This document shows positions 13,701-28,122 of a DNA stretch of 64,000 bases, piece after piece (within the stretch, counting starts at the first letter, position 1; every line of letters begins with the position of its first letter). This DNA is from Octopus vulgaris (lineage: Eukaryota). The DNA is taken from contig OX597816.1 in NCBI GenBank assembly GCA_951406725.2, forward strand, positions 150,412,001 to 150,476,000, in the 5' to 3' direction. A program made the position numbers and the translations under genes. The notes below the pieces were generated by a model. That model worked only from the letters and a program-made list of their open reading frames with translations, was not told where the DNA came from and did no database searches.

Positions 13701-14947
13701 TAATATGCAAATAATCAGACATAGAGTATTCTTCTCAATGAGCCAAATATGATTTTGTTTCAATTTTCCTAACTATAACCAGGGAAACTCTATATCAGAA
13801 GTAGGTATGTGCCATGCGTAAATACTCAAGATAGGTAGTAAGCATTACTCAAATAAATTGTCAGGCTAAAAGGCATTGTCAGCATGAGACAGTATGTAAA
13901 AATATTTCAGCACCAAAAAATATTTACTTATATGCACACATACAGACATATGTATTTATGCACATGCACATATAGGAATAAAGAATGTTGAATGTGTTGT
14001 AAGTACATGAACAAACTATTGTATAACATGGTTGATGTAATTTATTTGCATTAACACACAAGATCAAGAGAGCCCTTTAGTTTTGTCAAGAACATGACAA
14101 CCTTCCTAGTGTTTGCATTATGCTAAAATGTACTCAGTATGCTCAGTAAAATGGTTATTGTTTGGAAGGGCATCTGTCCAACTATAGTTGAGGTATAAAG
14201 GAAATAAAAGAAGTTGCAATGCACAAGAAAATTGTGTCTATTTAACATCATAACATTAGTAATAAATTAGCATATTTTTTATGAATTAAAAATTTTTTTT
14301 TTTTTTTACATTAAACAATATTTATAGTTATAATTTGGGCTGCTGCAGTCTACTTTGCATGAAGTCATGTCATGTGTTTCGGTATTTCCATTAATACTTC
14401 AATCTGCAATGATGGGAAAAGGTAACAGAGTTTGTGGCACTGTTAGTTGAAATAGTAGGATATTCTCTACAGGAGAAGATTTACATTTTATCAGAATAAT
14501 GTCATGAAATCAGAGAAAAGCATCTGCCCTTAAATTCTTCTTGGAAAATAGGACACATTAAAATTTTACACAATGTCCTTGAGGAAAACCATGACTATCA
14601 TTCAGTGTCAGCATCCTTCTTCTTATGCCTATATATATAATTATAGATCAATAATAATTGTAATAATGTAATCTTTCTATATCATAGCACACCACCCTCC
14701 ACTTTATTTTTAAAGATTTTTCTCTTTACTTGCATTGATTTGTCTTTTTTCGCATGAAAGAAAAACAATCTACCATCACATGGACTTAGAATTAAGGTAA
14801 CAGAAGAATCTTTTGTAAAATGATGATAACTTCAGTACTCACAGCTAATGTTACTGCTGCACTGGTGAACAACAGTAACAACATATATAATATTACATAT
14901 GTATTATATATAAAATTATATATGTATGTGTGTGTGTGTGCTTGTGT

Positions 14948-14978
<31 letters not shown>

Positions 14979-17102
14979 TTATGTATGTATGTATATACAT
15001 GTTTGTATGCATGTAGGCCTATATATGCACACATACAAATATACATTCAGCTAAGTCTATAAACTCCATGATATGCATTGATTACACTTTTTTCTTTTAT
15101 AAACACCTCTGAGATGTGTGTGTGTATGCACACACTGAAGAAAAGGGAAGATCATATTTGTCTATCTGTATGCATATGTATACACACACATAGATATAAA
15201 TAGATTGAAAGATAGATTATTTCTTTGGTTAGATTATCTTTCTATTGCGTCATCTTACATTTTTTCCTCTCCTCTTTGAACCAGAGCAGCACTCTTTCAT
15301 CTTTCGTCTGACATATTAAATTCTCAGCTATGGTCTTCATCTTTCTATATAAACATAACAGATTCCACTGCTTCTTCCTTCCCCTCTCTCTCTCTTGCCT
15401 TCCCCTTCCCCTATCTTCTTTCTACCTTTCTCTAATTTGACAAAAATATAGTGGTTTAAATCTATTTTATTTAAATGCTGATCTAGTGTATATTTTATTG
15501 CTTTCTTTTTCTAAGAATTTGATAATGGATCTAAGAGCATGAGACTTTATGCATTATGGCATTCTAGTGTAGTTTCTTATTTTTCTGATTTCAAGATTTT
15601 GTCAAGGTCAACTTGGCCTTTTGTCTTCTTTTAGGATAAACAAAATATATTCTAGTAATTTTACTAAGGAGAAAGATTTGTAACAAAATAATGACCAATT
15701 CTACATAGAAAAAGAAAGGTCTTTTGGTTACTGTGTAGAGGCAATTGAGTTGATAAGGAATCTGACTGCTAGCATATAGACTTGAAGTTTAAATCCACCA
15801 TAGGCATTGCATAAGACATTCTCTTCTGCATGCTTCAATTTTCTTTAATGTTGGAAATAGGTATCAGATATTCTGGGATAGGCAAATAAAATATCCAGTA
15901 GGAGATTTATCTCTTCTCTACTTTGAAATAGGAACTAATTCCTTGCTTTTATAAGAAACCCTTGGCTTTTTTTGGAGACATATTTTTTTTTTTTTTATTT
16001 GAGTTTAAGTTGTCAGCTTAACTATTCCCCTCCTTTTTTGTTATCTTTCTGAATTCTTTCATTTTCATTTTACTTTGTGTGTGTGTGTGTGTGCGTGTGT
16101 GCATGCGTACGTGCGTACGTGCGTGCGTGCGTGTGTGCGTGCATGCACGCTTCCTTGCCCTGTAAAGAAGATATTAAAAAAACTCATTGGGAAATTCATT
16201 GTTAATTAGGTTTACTGAGAAATGGAGTCAAGGCTAATCTTTATTGACTTCTCTTATCTTTCATCCATTGTTAAGCAAGTTTGAGCAGAGAATGGCCAAC
16301 TAGTCTTCTTTTTTTCTTCAGTAGTTTCATTGCTTTACAAAAAAATACCTTTTTTTTTCAAAAAAATTGTTGTAGTTTATGTATATAATGACACAAACAG
16401 ATAGCTACTGAATAAATAATTTTAAATCTGGTTGATTTGATTAATTTTTTTTAATATTTTGTATCAATAAAAGGATTTATTTTAGAGTTATTATGCTAAT
16501 AATTTCATATATGTCCATTGTAAAGTAGGTTCATTGATAAAAAAAAATCACAAAGCATTGTGTAACAAACCATCATCATTATTGTTAAGAGACTAGCAAA
16601 TTAAGCTACAATATTACTGAGAAAACCATTAAGATGCCAGAAGTTCTTTAGAAAAAATTGTATTGGCAAATCAAACCAGCAGACAATTTTTTTTTTTTTC
16701 AAATGAAATAACATATAGGGAACTACTACTTAATTTCTTACATCATCCAGACTAGGTTGTTGGATGAACTTTAAGGAAGATCTAAAGAAAAGTTTATTTT
16801 CTCTTCAGTGTAGTTTCAATTAGACTGGATCCTAAGCAGAAAATATTGGCTATAGTTACTACTTAAGTAATGTTGTTACTGTTAATAATTTTTTTCTACT
16901 TTGTTTCATACTTTGATATTACTTCCCTCCCCATTGGCAAACTTGCTACCAGGAATAGATATTTCCTCTTAAAATACTAAATGAAAAAAATGTTTCAAAT
17001 AACCAATATATCCTTCAAAATCTTTCTTTTTTGTTTATTTTCTTTTCTGGTTTTCCTCCTCACCATAAATGTGTGTGTGTGTTGTGTGTGTGTGTGTGTG
17101 TG

Positions 17103-17161
<59 letters not shown>

Positions 17162-17361
17162 CACACACACAATATATGTGTGCGTGATACTGTGATACCT
17201 CTTGCACATACTATCCCTCAAAAGTTTTAGTACAATATAAACTTGTTTCCGCTTTATTTCCATGGATGCTCATTTTTGAAGTTAACACTTGTTTATCTTC
17301 TTGTAACCTAACACTTCCGATATAAACATCATCTCTCTGTCTCTCTCTTTAACTGTCTGTT

Positions 17362-17431
<70 letters not shown>

Positions 17432-18915
17432 CTATTAACTTAGATTTGTACAGATTTTTAATCTGTACAAGATTTCTATTGGTCTTTCTTGATGTTTCTA
17501 AGTTCTATTATGTGGCTTTTTAACAAGTCTGGTGTGTCTACTCATTTCATCTTTGCCAATGTTGATTTCACCTTCATCTTCGATCTTTCTAAGTAACAAT
17601 AATGACCTGTTGTGTTCTTATTACTGCTGTTGTCATTATTGTTAAGTAGATCACAAACAATAAAGTGTTAGAAATATTACAAAACTGAGATTAAAACAGC
17701 TAAATGGATATGAGATTCATTCATTGATGCTGCCTATCAGTAACTACATGTGCTACACGCTCTGAAATCTATTAAAGAAGAAACTGAAAGTGTTAGTGTC
17801 CACATAGCCAGGAACATTGATGCGTTCCCTTTATTGAGTGAAAAGTGTTCTCCTTTTCTTTCCTAAATTGATTCCCTGTTAATCAATCACCCCCAACAAC
17901 TCCTATTGACCTGCTATTGGTTATAGAAAGCTCTACTTGCTAATGGCTTTTACTATTCTCATTTACACTCAATCAAATTACTCAGTCTCCTTAACTGAAG
18001 CAATATCTGATTGGCTCAGTTATTATTTCTCCCCCACCCATCTCTCTGTCCACATGTCTTGTTGTTTCTTTATTAAATTGGATATTCTTCTCTTTTGCCT
18101 TTGCATGCATTCATATATTTACATTGAAGATGAGATGTCCACAACTAATTTGTGCTGAATTGGCTTCTGAATAAAGTCTTTTGGATTCAATGCAAAATGT
18201 ATAGAGATTGGTTAAGGATATATATATTTGTCCAATACCTACCTGTCTAAATGAGTTGACATTTAAAATAAAATTTTCCCTTTCTGCTACAAAGTCAATC
18301 TTCTATAAAGAATAGAATAAAATTTATCTCTGTTGATGTTTCCATTATAATCTCTTTCAATATGACAATAACTACATTTTAGCAATATCTCAATATCAGA
18401 AGCTTTTGAAAGAAATCTGAGAGTGAATGACTAGATCCAGATATGGCTCTTGCAAATAAAGCTCTGATATTCATTGAAAGTGGCCACAAAGTGTTTCTTT
18501 TGTATTTGTAGCTTGCTGGTGTTCTCAAAAACTTTGACAAGAAATTAAGTGTTCAAATTTATTGTATGAACATGTTTAGAAATACAAGAAAATCATGCAG
18601 TGGTTGAGAAATATATGCATATGTGTGTATGTGCATGTGCAAGTATCTGTGTATATATGCTTATTTGTACAAGTATTTTAGTGTTCATTTATTTAATTTA
18701 ATGTATGTGTATATATTTGTTTCTATTTGTGTATTTATGTTTCTCGTTATGTGTTTTTCATTTGTATGTGAGCATTTGTGTGAATTTTGAATGCTACTCA
18801 AAGTATCTGTTTAGTGTATAAATCTATTTGAATTTATGTTTGTATTTGTATAGCTATATGTATGTTTCCATTTCAATATTTATTATCCATTTGTATCATG
18901 TGTACATTTTTTATT

Positions 18916-18955
<40 letters not shown>

Positions 18956-19853
18956 TATGTGTGTATATGTGTGAATATACATATGTGTGTATATGCACTT
19001 GTATGCTCTTGTTGAAATTTAAATAATGTTAATGTGATAAAATGAGACAAAATGACATTTATTGTGGCAGATTTTGTGATATTTTTGAATATTTTGAAAG
19101 AAATTAACTTTTGCCCTTGCTAAAGTTTCCAGTGCTGAGAAGATTAATTTTTCCAATACATATATGTTTGGTGAATATATTTACTGGTGGTTTTACTTGT
19201 TTTAATTATTTTGCTTTATTTCTTCAACTTTAAAGAAAAGAATCCACTCTTTAGTCATAATGCAGGGCAAACATTGAGAAATTAAATTGATGAAAGCCAT
19301 CACAATGTCACGGCTTCAAGAGAGTTCACTTGCTTCAGTTGACTGGGTTTTAAGCAACTAATTGAACAGTCGTTTTATGTCACCAGTACTGTATAGGTTT
19401 GAGGTCAGGATACTTAAACTATATGACTCAGTCCACCTTACTATAAACAGTAACTGCTGGATAGAACCAACCTACTACTGTAAGCAGGAGTAAAAAGCAT
19501 GCAGTATGAAGTCAAAAATATCTTAGAGGTGCATCTAGAAAAGAAAGAGTATCCCACCAGTCTCATCTATCTGTTGATAAGCTTGGTCATCAGTTGGTCA
19601 CTACTTCTAACCTTGAGAAGTCAAATATTTTACTAGCAGAAAATGGACTGAATTTTAAAAAAGCAGTGCTTCAGTAAACTTTCATAGTGAAATGACAATT
19701 ATGAGTGCTTACGTTCAGAGCAAAATCAATGAGAATATTTGTATTCAAGTTAAGTTTGTGATGTGAAGTTAATTGATATATACTGCAAACACTATAGAAA
19801 AAGAATGTGAAAGGATGATGCATGTTGAGTGTAAAAAGTGAGTTATGATAAAG

Positions 19854-19899
19854 GGCAGTCTAAAAAAACACTTGGGATGAAGTAGTTAAGACAGACCTA
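19854..19899 (+). mobile_element. RTE-like LINE 3' coding remnant
   Basis: GSLKK/TWDEVVKTDL with one frameshift, resembling the GRPRKTW.EVV..DL C-terminal motif of RTE-clade ORFs. Confidence 0.45.
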
Positions 19900-20571
19900 G
19901 GAGTTTCACCTTGACAGATAATATGGTGTAACATATATGCACGAGGATACTATGCTATGTGTCAAACACCTGAAATCATGGAGAAGAAACAGCTGTTAAA
20001 GCAATAATGATGGGGAAGAGGAGGCAGGTGTGGTGTATTTTGAGTGAGTGAACAATCATCTACCCCAAGATAAGCTAGCTATGAAGATATATATAGATTA
20101 GTAATGATTCAAGAGAAGAAACAATTATAGAGACAATTATAACAAAACTAAAGCTACCTATTCATGTGTTGGATGTTATTATATATGTATTGGAGATATA
20201 AGATAGAACTAATTATCTCTTTTTTTTCCTTTCTCTTTTCATGTTGTTGTTTTTCATTGGTAGAGAAGCAATAGAAAGGATGGGTTCACTCTCACTCAAA
20301 TCATTTGAGTATAGTTGAGAGTATGGATGACATTTGGAGATATTACATGGGTCCTGTTTTATCATTTTATCACAAGATAAATCTGTATACCATTGCATAG
20401 TCACTTAAATTACAAATACTTTGGGGAAAAATATGAATGTCACAACTTGCATTTTCTTCTCTAAAATTACACCCTTTATGCTTTTACAAATAAGTATTTC
20501 AAATTTTGTATGATTGCACCAAATCAGAAAGGTTCTCAGTAAAAGACTCCTGAAATGAATTATTAAATGTA

Positions 20572-21879
20572 CAGGGTGAGGCAGAGAGGACGGATGTTTT
20601 TGAGAAATTCACAAAAGTATTAATTATAGCTGCAAACAAATTTTATTGACATCAATGTGTTTGTATTGAATTAGCATTTGTCAAAATCAAGTGTGAAAAA
20701 CAACATCCATCATGTGATGTCCGCTTTCATTGATGCATTTTTGAAGGCATTCTTGGAAGTTGGTCTCCACTTTCTCCTATGTCGATTTGGGCAACTTCCA
20801 CATGAATAGCTTCCTTCAAATCATCCAATGTATGGGGCTTATGTGCATACATATGTACCTTGTGGTTTCCCCACAAGAAATAATCACACATGAACAAATC
20901 AGGGGACTGAGTGGGCCAAGGAGTGTCAGCAAACCTGGAAATGTGGCAGTCACCGAAGAGAAGGTGAAGAACGTCCATTGATGCTCTGGCTGTGTGGGCC
21001 ATCAGCCCATCCTGCTGAAATTACACACATCAAATAGGCATACGTTTTTGTCATAATTCAAGCACAAAGTTGTTTATCATCTTGATGTAATGCTTAGAGT
21101 TCACAGTAACTGCATTTCCATTATTGTCTTCAAAAAAGTAAGGACCAATGATGGCAACTTTTCCAACAGCACACCAGACTGTTACTTTTGGGCTGTGCAG
21201 TTCTCTCAGATTTTCAAGAGCCCAATAATGACAGTTCTGTTGATTGACCATGCCATTGAGATGAAAATGAGCTACATCACTCATTAACAAAATGAGGTTG
21301 TCATTTGCCTTAAAAATTGCTTTCATCTGACATGTGAAGTTAAACCACTGTCTCATGGTTTCAATTTTTGCTCAATGACTAATTTTTACAGGCAGAAATG
21401 TAGGTCTTCATGCAAAATATGCCATACCAATCGATTACCATTGCCAAGTTCAGTGGAATGCCTCCAAGCAAAGTGATGATTCAGACTCTGTATCAAAGCT
21501 TGTCTGATGCGTTCCACATTTTCCAAGGTCTGTACTGTTCGTGGTGCCCCCACCGGTGTCCTATTCATTAGTGTACCTCATGTACAAAGTGCATTCATTC
21601 AACATCAGATTGTATTACAGGTGGGAACAGCCTGATTTCGGTGAATGTTGAAGTGGTGCCGAAACTCATGCTGAACTGCTGTTACAGACTTGTTATTCTT
21701 CACCTAACTGTCATAAGCAAATGTGATGTACTATCATCCACAATGCCATGGCTTCACCTGGAAAGAAAAGAAAATGCTAAGACACCACAGACCAAATGGC
21801 ATTTGTTGGACATATGTCTCTCCCGCTGGGGCTGAGTAATAACCATTTCAAAAACGTTTGTCCTCTTTGCCTCACCCTG
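20572..21879 (-). mobile_element. Tc1/mariner-superfamily transposon, DD41D (rosa/Visitor-type), full length, inactivated
   Basis: 32-bp TIRs CAGGGTGAGGCA(G/A)AGAGGAC...TTTTTGA with 4 mismatches, TA at 20570-71 and 21880-81. Motifs LMSDVAHFHLNG.VNQQNC.YW, HSPKVTVWCAV...IIGPYFFE, FQQDG and WPTQSPDLFMCDYFLWG. 41 residues lie between the QQD Asp and the MCD Asp in one frame. Many stops and frameshifts. Confidence 0.93.
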
Positions 21880-24800
21880 TATTGCTCAGCATTGAAAGGA
21901 AAATACTGCAGATGTAACTAAATGGGGCTAGATGATTGTAACAGGATATTTGATGGTGCAAAAATGGTGACTGAATGCCTATAATTAATAATATTTATAT
22001 TGTTAGTTAATAAACCAAGGTGAGACATAATTGCTATTGCAGCTATTTTGATCCAAGCACATATATTTGCATGAGGTAGTTTTCGTGACTGACAATTTCC
22101 ATTCATACTTTATGGATGAGAGGCTTACATTTAGAGATATATCAGCCTGTTTGAAAAATTACCTCAAAATAAGCAAAAAAAAAAAAACCTCTCACTTATA
22201 CTAGCATAGAAAAATGGATGTAAAAAACAGAAACAAAGTAAAGCAATGAATACTTGGTTCTTGAGTTATTGATATGTATCCTAAACAAAGAACAGATTAT
22301 TTTCATGGGGAAGATATTTACCTAAGTTCCTATGCTTAAATAACTGCTTAATGAAGAAGTTAAAGACTGAGGTGAGCATCAATAAAATTAAATATATTTG
22401 CCATCAGATATCCTTCCTTGGAAATGACCTATGGTATTTGTAGCTAGGGAAGTTAATTAGTATATGTAAAATACATCTTGGTTTTGAATGAGTATGAGAA
22501 GCAAACTTTGTCTATTTGAGGCTCCTTGCAGTATGGTTTCCTGATTAATTGTCTATCTTAAGAGATTCCCTAAGCTGGTGAATACCAGACATGCAAAGAT
22601 GCCAAAATAATGTTGAAATAATAACCATAAGACTATTCCCACGGGTAAGTTTATAAACTATTTCATGACCAAAGCTAGCATTTAAATTTGAAATGTAATG
22701 ACAACAGGAAGTTACAGCTAATGAAAATGTAATTAATATTCACTTGAGCCACATTTTCTGTTTATTATCTTAATCTTTCTCATTGAACCCTTCAGTTTAG
22801 GATTTGCAACTGACAGTTTACAAATTTGGATGGATTAAAATAACAGGACTTGAATGCTATATATTACATATGAAGCAACATCAACATTGTCTCATGAAAT
22901 AATTCTTCAGGTTGTTCAAAATGAGACGTACATATTTATATATTTTTTCCAACAAACGTATCTGTATGTTAAATCATAGAAAACTGATTATGATATTTTA
23001 TGTTGATAGATTCAAAATAGTTGTTGTTGCCCAATGTGTGAGCAATACTGATGAAAAAAGTGATAGCTTATTCTTGTTACTGATGAATACAATTTGTTAT
23101 TTTATGGCCAAACGACTTTAAGTTGAATCATGCTAATAATAATTCCTCTAGCTATTAGGCACTATTGTTAGCCCAATTCTACACTATAGATTACAGAAAC
23201 ACTGTAGGAACACTAATCATTTTCATATTTTCTTAGTACTGAGTGCAAATCTCTTTTAAAAGCCTTGAGTAGGTACAAAAAATATTCAAATATACCCTCC
23301 TTGCTTTCAAAGAAATCAGAAAATCAGAAGGATCAACAGGAGTTCAATCTCTGCAGGGTATCTTTTAGAACATAAGTGATGAAGATAAGACAGAAGGTAA
23401 ATAAGCTCCAAGAAAAATATGTCTTAAGTTTTGCTTTATCAACATGTCCGCCTACACTTTGTTTACTCCAACTCCCTTTATTATTGCACACTCTATCATA
23501 GCTGCCACAGCAGTAATAATTCTGGTCCATAGTCTAGTAGACTTAAATAACATAATTGGTGTGCATCTATACATTCTATATTTGTTAATGTCTATTTGTA
23601 AATGTTCATGTGTAATTTAGAAAACAGGTAAATGTATCATCATAAGAGTTTGGTTGTAGTTATACATAAAACTAACTGTGTGTAGGAAAAAATAAATTTC
23701 CAGCATCTGTTAATTCTAATACTATATTTTACATATCTACTTAAAATACAGTGTTGATATTTTGCAGTATACTTAAAATATTATGTAATAGATATTGGAA
23801 TTTATTCATTTAAAGATTTGAAGGAAATAACACCTTATTGCACTTAACCCTGTCATCTGTTAATTACTTAAACAGTGAAATAAATCATATACAGGAAGGA
23901 AGATGAGGAATCTAACATTTCAACAGAACTCTTCATCAGTGTGGAGGGTTTTACCAGAAATGGTAGGTGAAAGACAAAACTGTTTTTAGTGGAATTTGAA
24001 CTTGGAATATAGTACCAATCAAGTACTGGGGTTGATTAAATTGATTAATCCCCTCCCCTAAATACATCAGACAAAATGCCTTGTCATAGTCATACTACTG
24101 ACATTCTGCTAAGGTCAACTTTGCCCTTTGTCCTTCAGGAGACAGTAAAATAAAGTACCAGTGAAGTACTGGAGTTCAAGTAACCAACTAACCCCACCCA
24201 AAAAAAATTTCAGGCTGAATATCTGACATAAATCATTGTCCATTTACTTATAAGTATCCCTTCAGTCTTGTTCTTTGCTAAACTCTTTCTTAACAACAAA
24301 ACAATAACATCTAAAGTACAACTTCAGTACAACTTTGCTTCAATTTTCAAGTGTACCATAGTTAATTATTGACCATCAGATGTTCAGATTTGATATCTGC
24401 TATGTCAGTCTGTAAGGGCTTGTGATGGTCACTGGCAGTGCTACATTGTCCCTGACTAACTTATAATTATAAAACAAAAAAAATTGTTGTGAAATCAAAG
24501 GAAGAAAATGTTTTGTTTATTTGTTTTTCTTTAAGTATTAAATTGCTGGTATTAAATTGTATTTATGATAGAAAGAAGTGTAAAAAGGATATTATGACAT
24601 TTATGCCTTTCTCAAGGATATTAGCTAAGTTTACCTATTGAGAAAAAATTCTAAAGTAAAAATAATATTAAAAAGCAGAAATAACATTATGTAGTTGTTC
24701 TGTAGTTTATCATAACTGTTTTGATGAAATGAAGCATAAAAAGAATTTAAAGTTTTTTTTTTTTTCCATTAGCTTTGCAGTAAATTTCTCCCCCCACACA

Positions 24801-27260
24801 TTTATCGCTGGAGTAAAATATTTTAATTTTTCTATTTATTTATTTATAATTTTTCTATTTATTTATTTTACTTTTTTTAACATCATGTCTGAAGAAGATG
24901 GAATATTGCCTGTAACCCATGGGAGACATTGGTAATCCGAAGTATGGATGGCAAAAGAAATATTAATGCAATTTATGTCTTGTATACTGGTTAGTGATGA
25001 TTAACTAAGTTGATAGAGTACAGTAAAACCAGTCAAGGGGTATTAAGCTCATATCTTGTCATTGACATACTGTTGTGTCTGTGATCAAAACACATCATCA
25101 TTAGTATAAATTCTTTAAGTAGAGTGACCTTAAGGTGTTCCATATCTCCCAACTTTCCTACTTAGATGCCCATAACAATTTCTTTTCACATTTTTGTCTG
25201 TTGTTTAGCATTGTCAATAGTTAATTTTAGTTTCTCCAGATATTTAAGGCTGTTTTGTAGTGCATTTTTGTGCCTTTTTTTGTTTTCATTTTTGTAGCCA
25301 AAAATATGTACTTTATATTGTAGCTTTGAATTATCAATTTGGTTCACATGGTCAAATAAAATATGTAGCTCTCAACAGCCAAGTTCACATAATTCTAAAT
25401 AGGTACCTATTGTAAATAGGTACCTATTGTAAATAGGGGCAATATAGTTGAAAAGAAGATTGTGTTTCATGAAGTGTTGAGTTCAATAATTCCCATGATA
25501 AGTTAATTGTGATAAACTAGCATCCACTTAACTGTGAAACTGGAATTACTCACTGGTTGTGTAGACTAGTGATTAAAGAGGAGCATATTTTTTACTGAGA
25601 GGATATATGGCAGTGGTAGTCCTTCAAATGAAGTTCAGTTATTAATATTTACAACAAGGTTTGTGGAGACACATACTGTATATTGGAAGAGACAGAAGGA
25701 AGATGGTGGCGACTTCTGATGAAGTCAAGCTGAACTCAGTATATTTTGAGCAAAGCTTCTATTATAGATATCTTTGATGAGAAAAAAAGAAAGGACACTA
25801 CATAGGTTTAGAACTGGGAAATTTTCAGTAAGAAGAGGACTTGTTTATTTATTTAGAAATTCAGAAGAAAAAACAAAAACATATTAGAGAGATAACAATT
25901 TTGTTTTTTATTTCACAATGGAACTGTCTTACCAAAGAGTGAAACTGTTTTAGATCCAAGTTATTAGTTACAGATATAACTCCCCAAAAAGAAGTTTGGT
26001 AAGCACTTTTCATATCCTAATTTTGTTGAAATTTTACTAATATTAAATGCATGTCTTACAGTATTTATATCTTTCTTTCTATGTTCTTAGTCTAAATACT
26101 ATCAGAATTTTCCTTCCCATTTAGAGTTGATAAAATATGTATAAGTAACATTATATTATAGAATTGCTGTAAACTGAAGGAATTTCTGCACAATTATTTG
26201 ATATACTAGAAATACCAGCTAAATTATCCTCATATCACACCTCCCATCTTAAGAACCAAAACAGACTTAAAGTCAAGGTCATTGACAGAAGAAGTATTTT
26301 CAATAGTTTGTTTCAAAATCAATGCTAACATTTGTTTTCAAGTATGGTATATTATTTAATATATATACCCAGAAATAATAAACACTTAAAACAGAAGGGA
26401 AATAGAAGTTTTAGGATAATACACAAGCAATCAACTTTGGGAACCTAGTTGAATCTGGACAGTAATAAGTGTACTCACTGGAGGTGGCAGGCATGGAAAA
26501 AAATACCTATTCTGTTGAATGACTGGTTATTTTTTATGGCTTATGGATTCTTAGATGACTATATACATGTGTGTATGTAGTTGTGTATGTGTATACACAC
26601 ACACACACACTTTAAGAAAAAAATATGCATATGTATAAATATATATATGTGTGTATCCACACACGCACATACACACATAAACATTTTTTATATTTACAAG
26701 GAGATGTTTGCCAGTTACTTCTACTATAAAGTTTTGCATGAAATGATGAGGTCTGCATAGCTGAAATTTTGAAGTAATTGTCAACTTTTTCTTTATAAAA
26801 ATCAAATAAATATGAAAGACTAGAGAAAAGTATTGAGCAATTCTTCAGTTTAATGTTTGACTTGTTTTTCTTTCGATTTAATTATGCATAAAAATAAACA
26901 TTAAGATATATATGTATGTATACATGCACATGTATGTATATATATATATATATATATAAACAACCACATGTATACACACATACATATGTATGCCATGTAT
27001 ATATATATATATATATACATACATACATACACATATGTGATGAGAAAGAATCATATATTGTATATTTTAATGATGTTTTCTATGGTTTTATCAAATTAGC
27101 AATCTTTTACGTCATGATACAATTCAACCAGAACTAAAACTTATTTGTTAACACAACTTTTGTGGGCCATAAACTGGAAGATGACCTCACATAATGTTAT
27201 GCAGCCTGCACCAAATTTTAATTTTCTCATTTCTCTTTCAGATGCGTTGACAGCATCAAC

Positions 27261-27774
27261 ATGGTAGATTCCAATGTGACTCAGCAAATACAAAGGCATG
27301 TTGTGCTCTTGCCTCTTGCCACAATCTACAGCAACACAGAGATCTCCAGCTACATGAATATAGCTTGGGCCTTCATATTCAAAGTTTGGGAAAGAGCGGG
27401 ATGCCTTTGGCAGGGTTGTGTCATTGTGACCAAGTGAAAGAAACATTCCTAGTAATCAAAGGTTAGGATGGCCAAGTTCATCCAACAGGTCCAGAACATC
27501 ATCAACAACAAAGTCAGTGAGTTGATGAGGGCCATTGCCAAGTAGTGCAATGCAGCAGAGTCCTTTATCATAAGGCACGGGTCCTATGTGATGAGAAGAT
27601 GGCAGTTCATGTCCAGCATGACCCCAGAAAAATTGTGTGATCATGTGACACCCAAGCAATATCAATTGACTTCTTCCAAGTTCTTTTGATTTTAATCCCT
27701 TGAAACATTGCATCTGTTAGTTGTCATCAGATGGGGAAACCAACCAAAAGCTTCATGTGACTAAGAACCCATTG
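27261..27774 (+). mobile_element. Internally deleted maT/DD37D-like transposase remnant
   Basis: Manual + strand translation gives MVDSNVTQQIQRHVVLL...SNTEISSYMNIAWAFIFKVW and KKHS...KFIQQVQNII...MRAIAK...SYVMRRWQFMS. It then jumps (~27621) to EKLCDHVTP...PSSFDFNPL...ETNQKLH. The catalytic core is missing and no TIRs were identified. Family assigned by resemblance only. Confidence 0.7.
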
Positions 27775-28122
27775 CGTTTTTGTTCTTGTTTGCCTAGAAC
27801 ACCAAGAATACATAAATATATGTGTAACCTGTCTAACCCATGCTGGCATAGAAAATGGACGTTAAATGATGATGATAACGATATATATATATATATATAT
27901 GCATGCACACATACATAACCGTGTGATTAAAGTGTCTTTTCTTCAATCAAGTGGTTGCTCAGAGTTCAATCTCCTTACTTGGTCCCTTGGGCAGGTTACT
28001 TCTAAAGCATTAAATTGAGCCATGTCTTCTGAATGGAATGTGGCTTTCAGAAACTATAGGGAATCCCACATATTTTTGTGTATGCTTGTGAAAATCAGTA
28101 CATCACAAGTTATGTTGTTAGA

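Noticed and set aside
16077-16150. Alternating purine-pyrimidine tract with CpGs (Z-DNA-prone)
   Set aside because: It is an ordinary compound GT/GCGT microsatellite in a genome full of them, with no functional context.
25396-25437. 17-bp tandem repeat containing palindrome AATAGGTACCTATT
   Set aside because: It is a short local slippage duplication, like those at ~47775, ~55305 and ~58690. Nothing indicates function.
27141-27713. Minus-strand ORFs of 101 and 85 aa as genes
   Set aside because: They are antisense shadows of the + strand maT-like transposase remnant.
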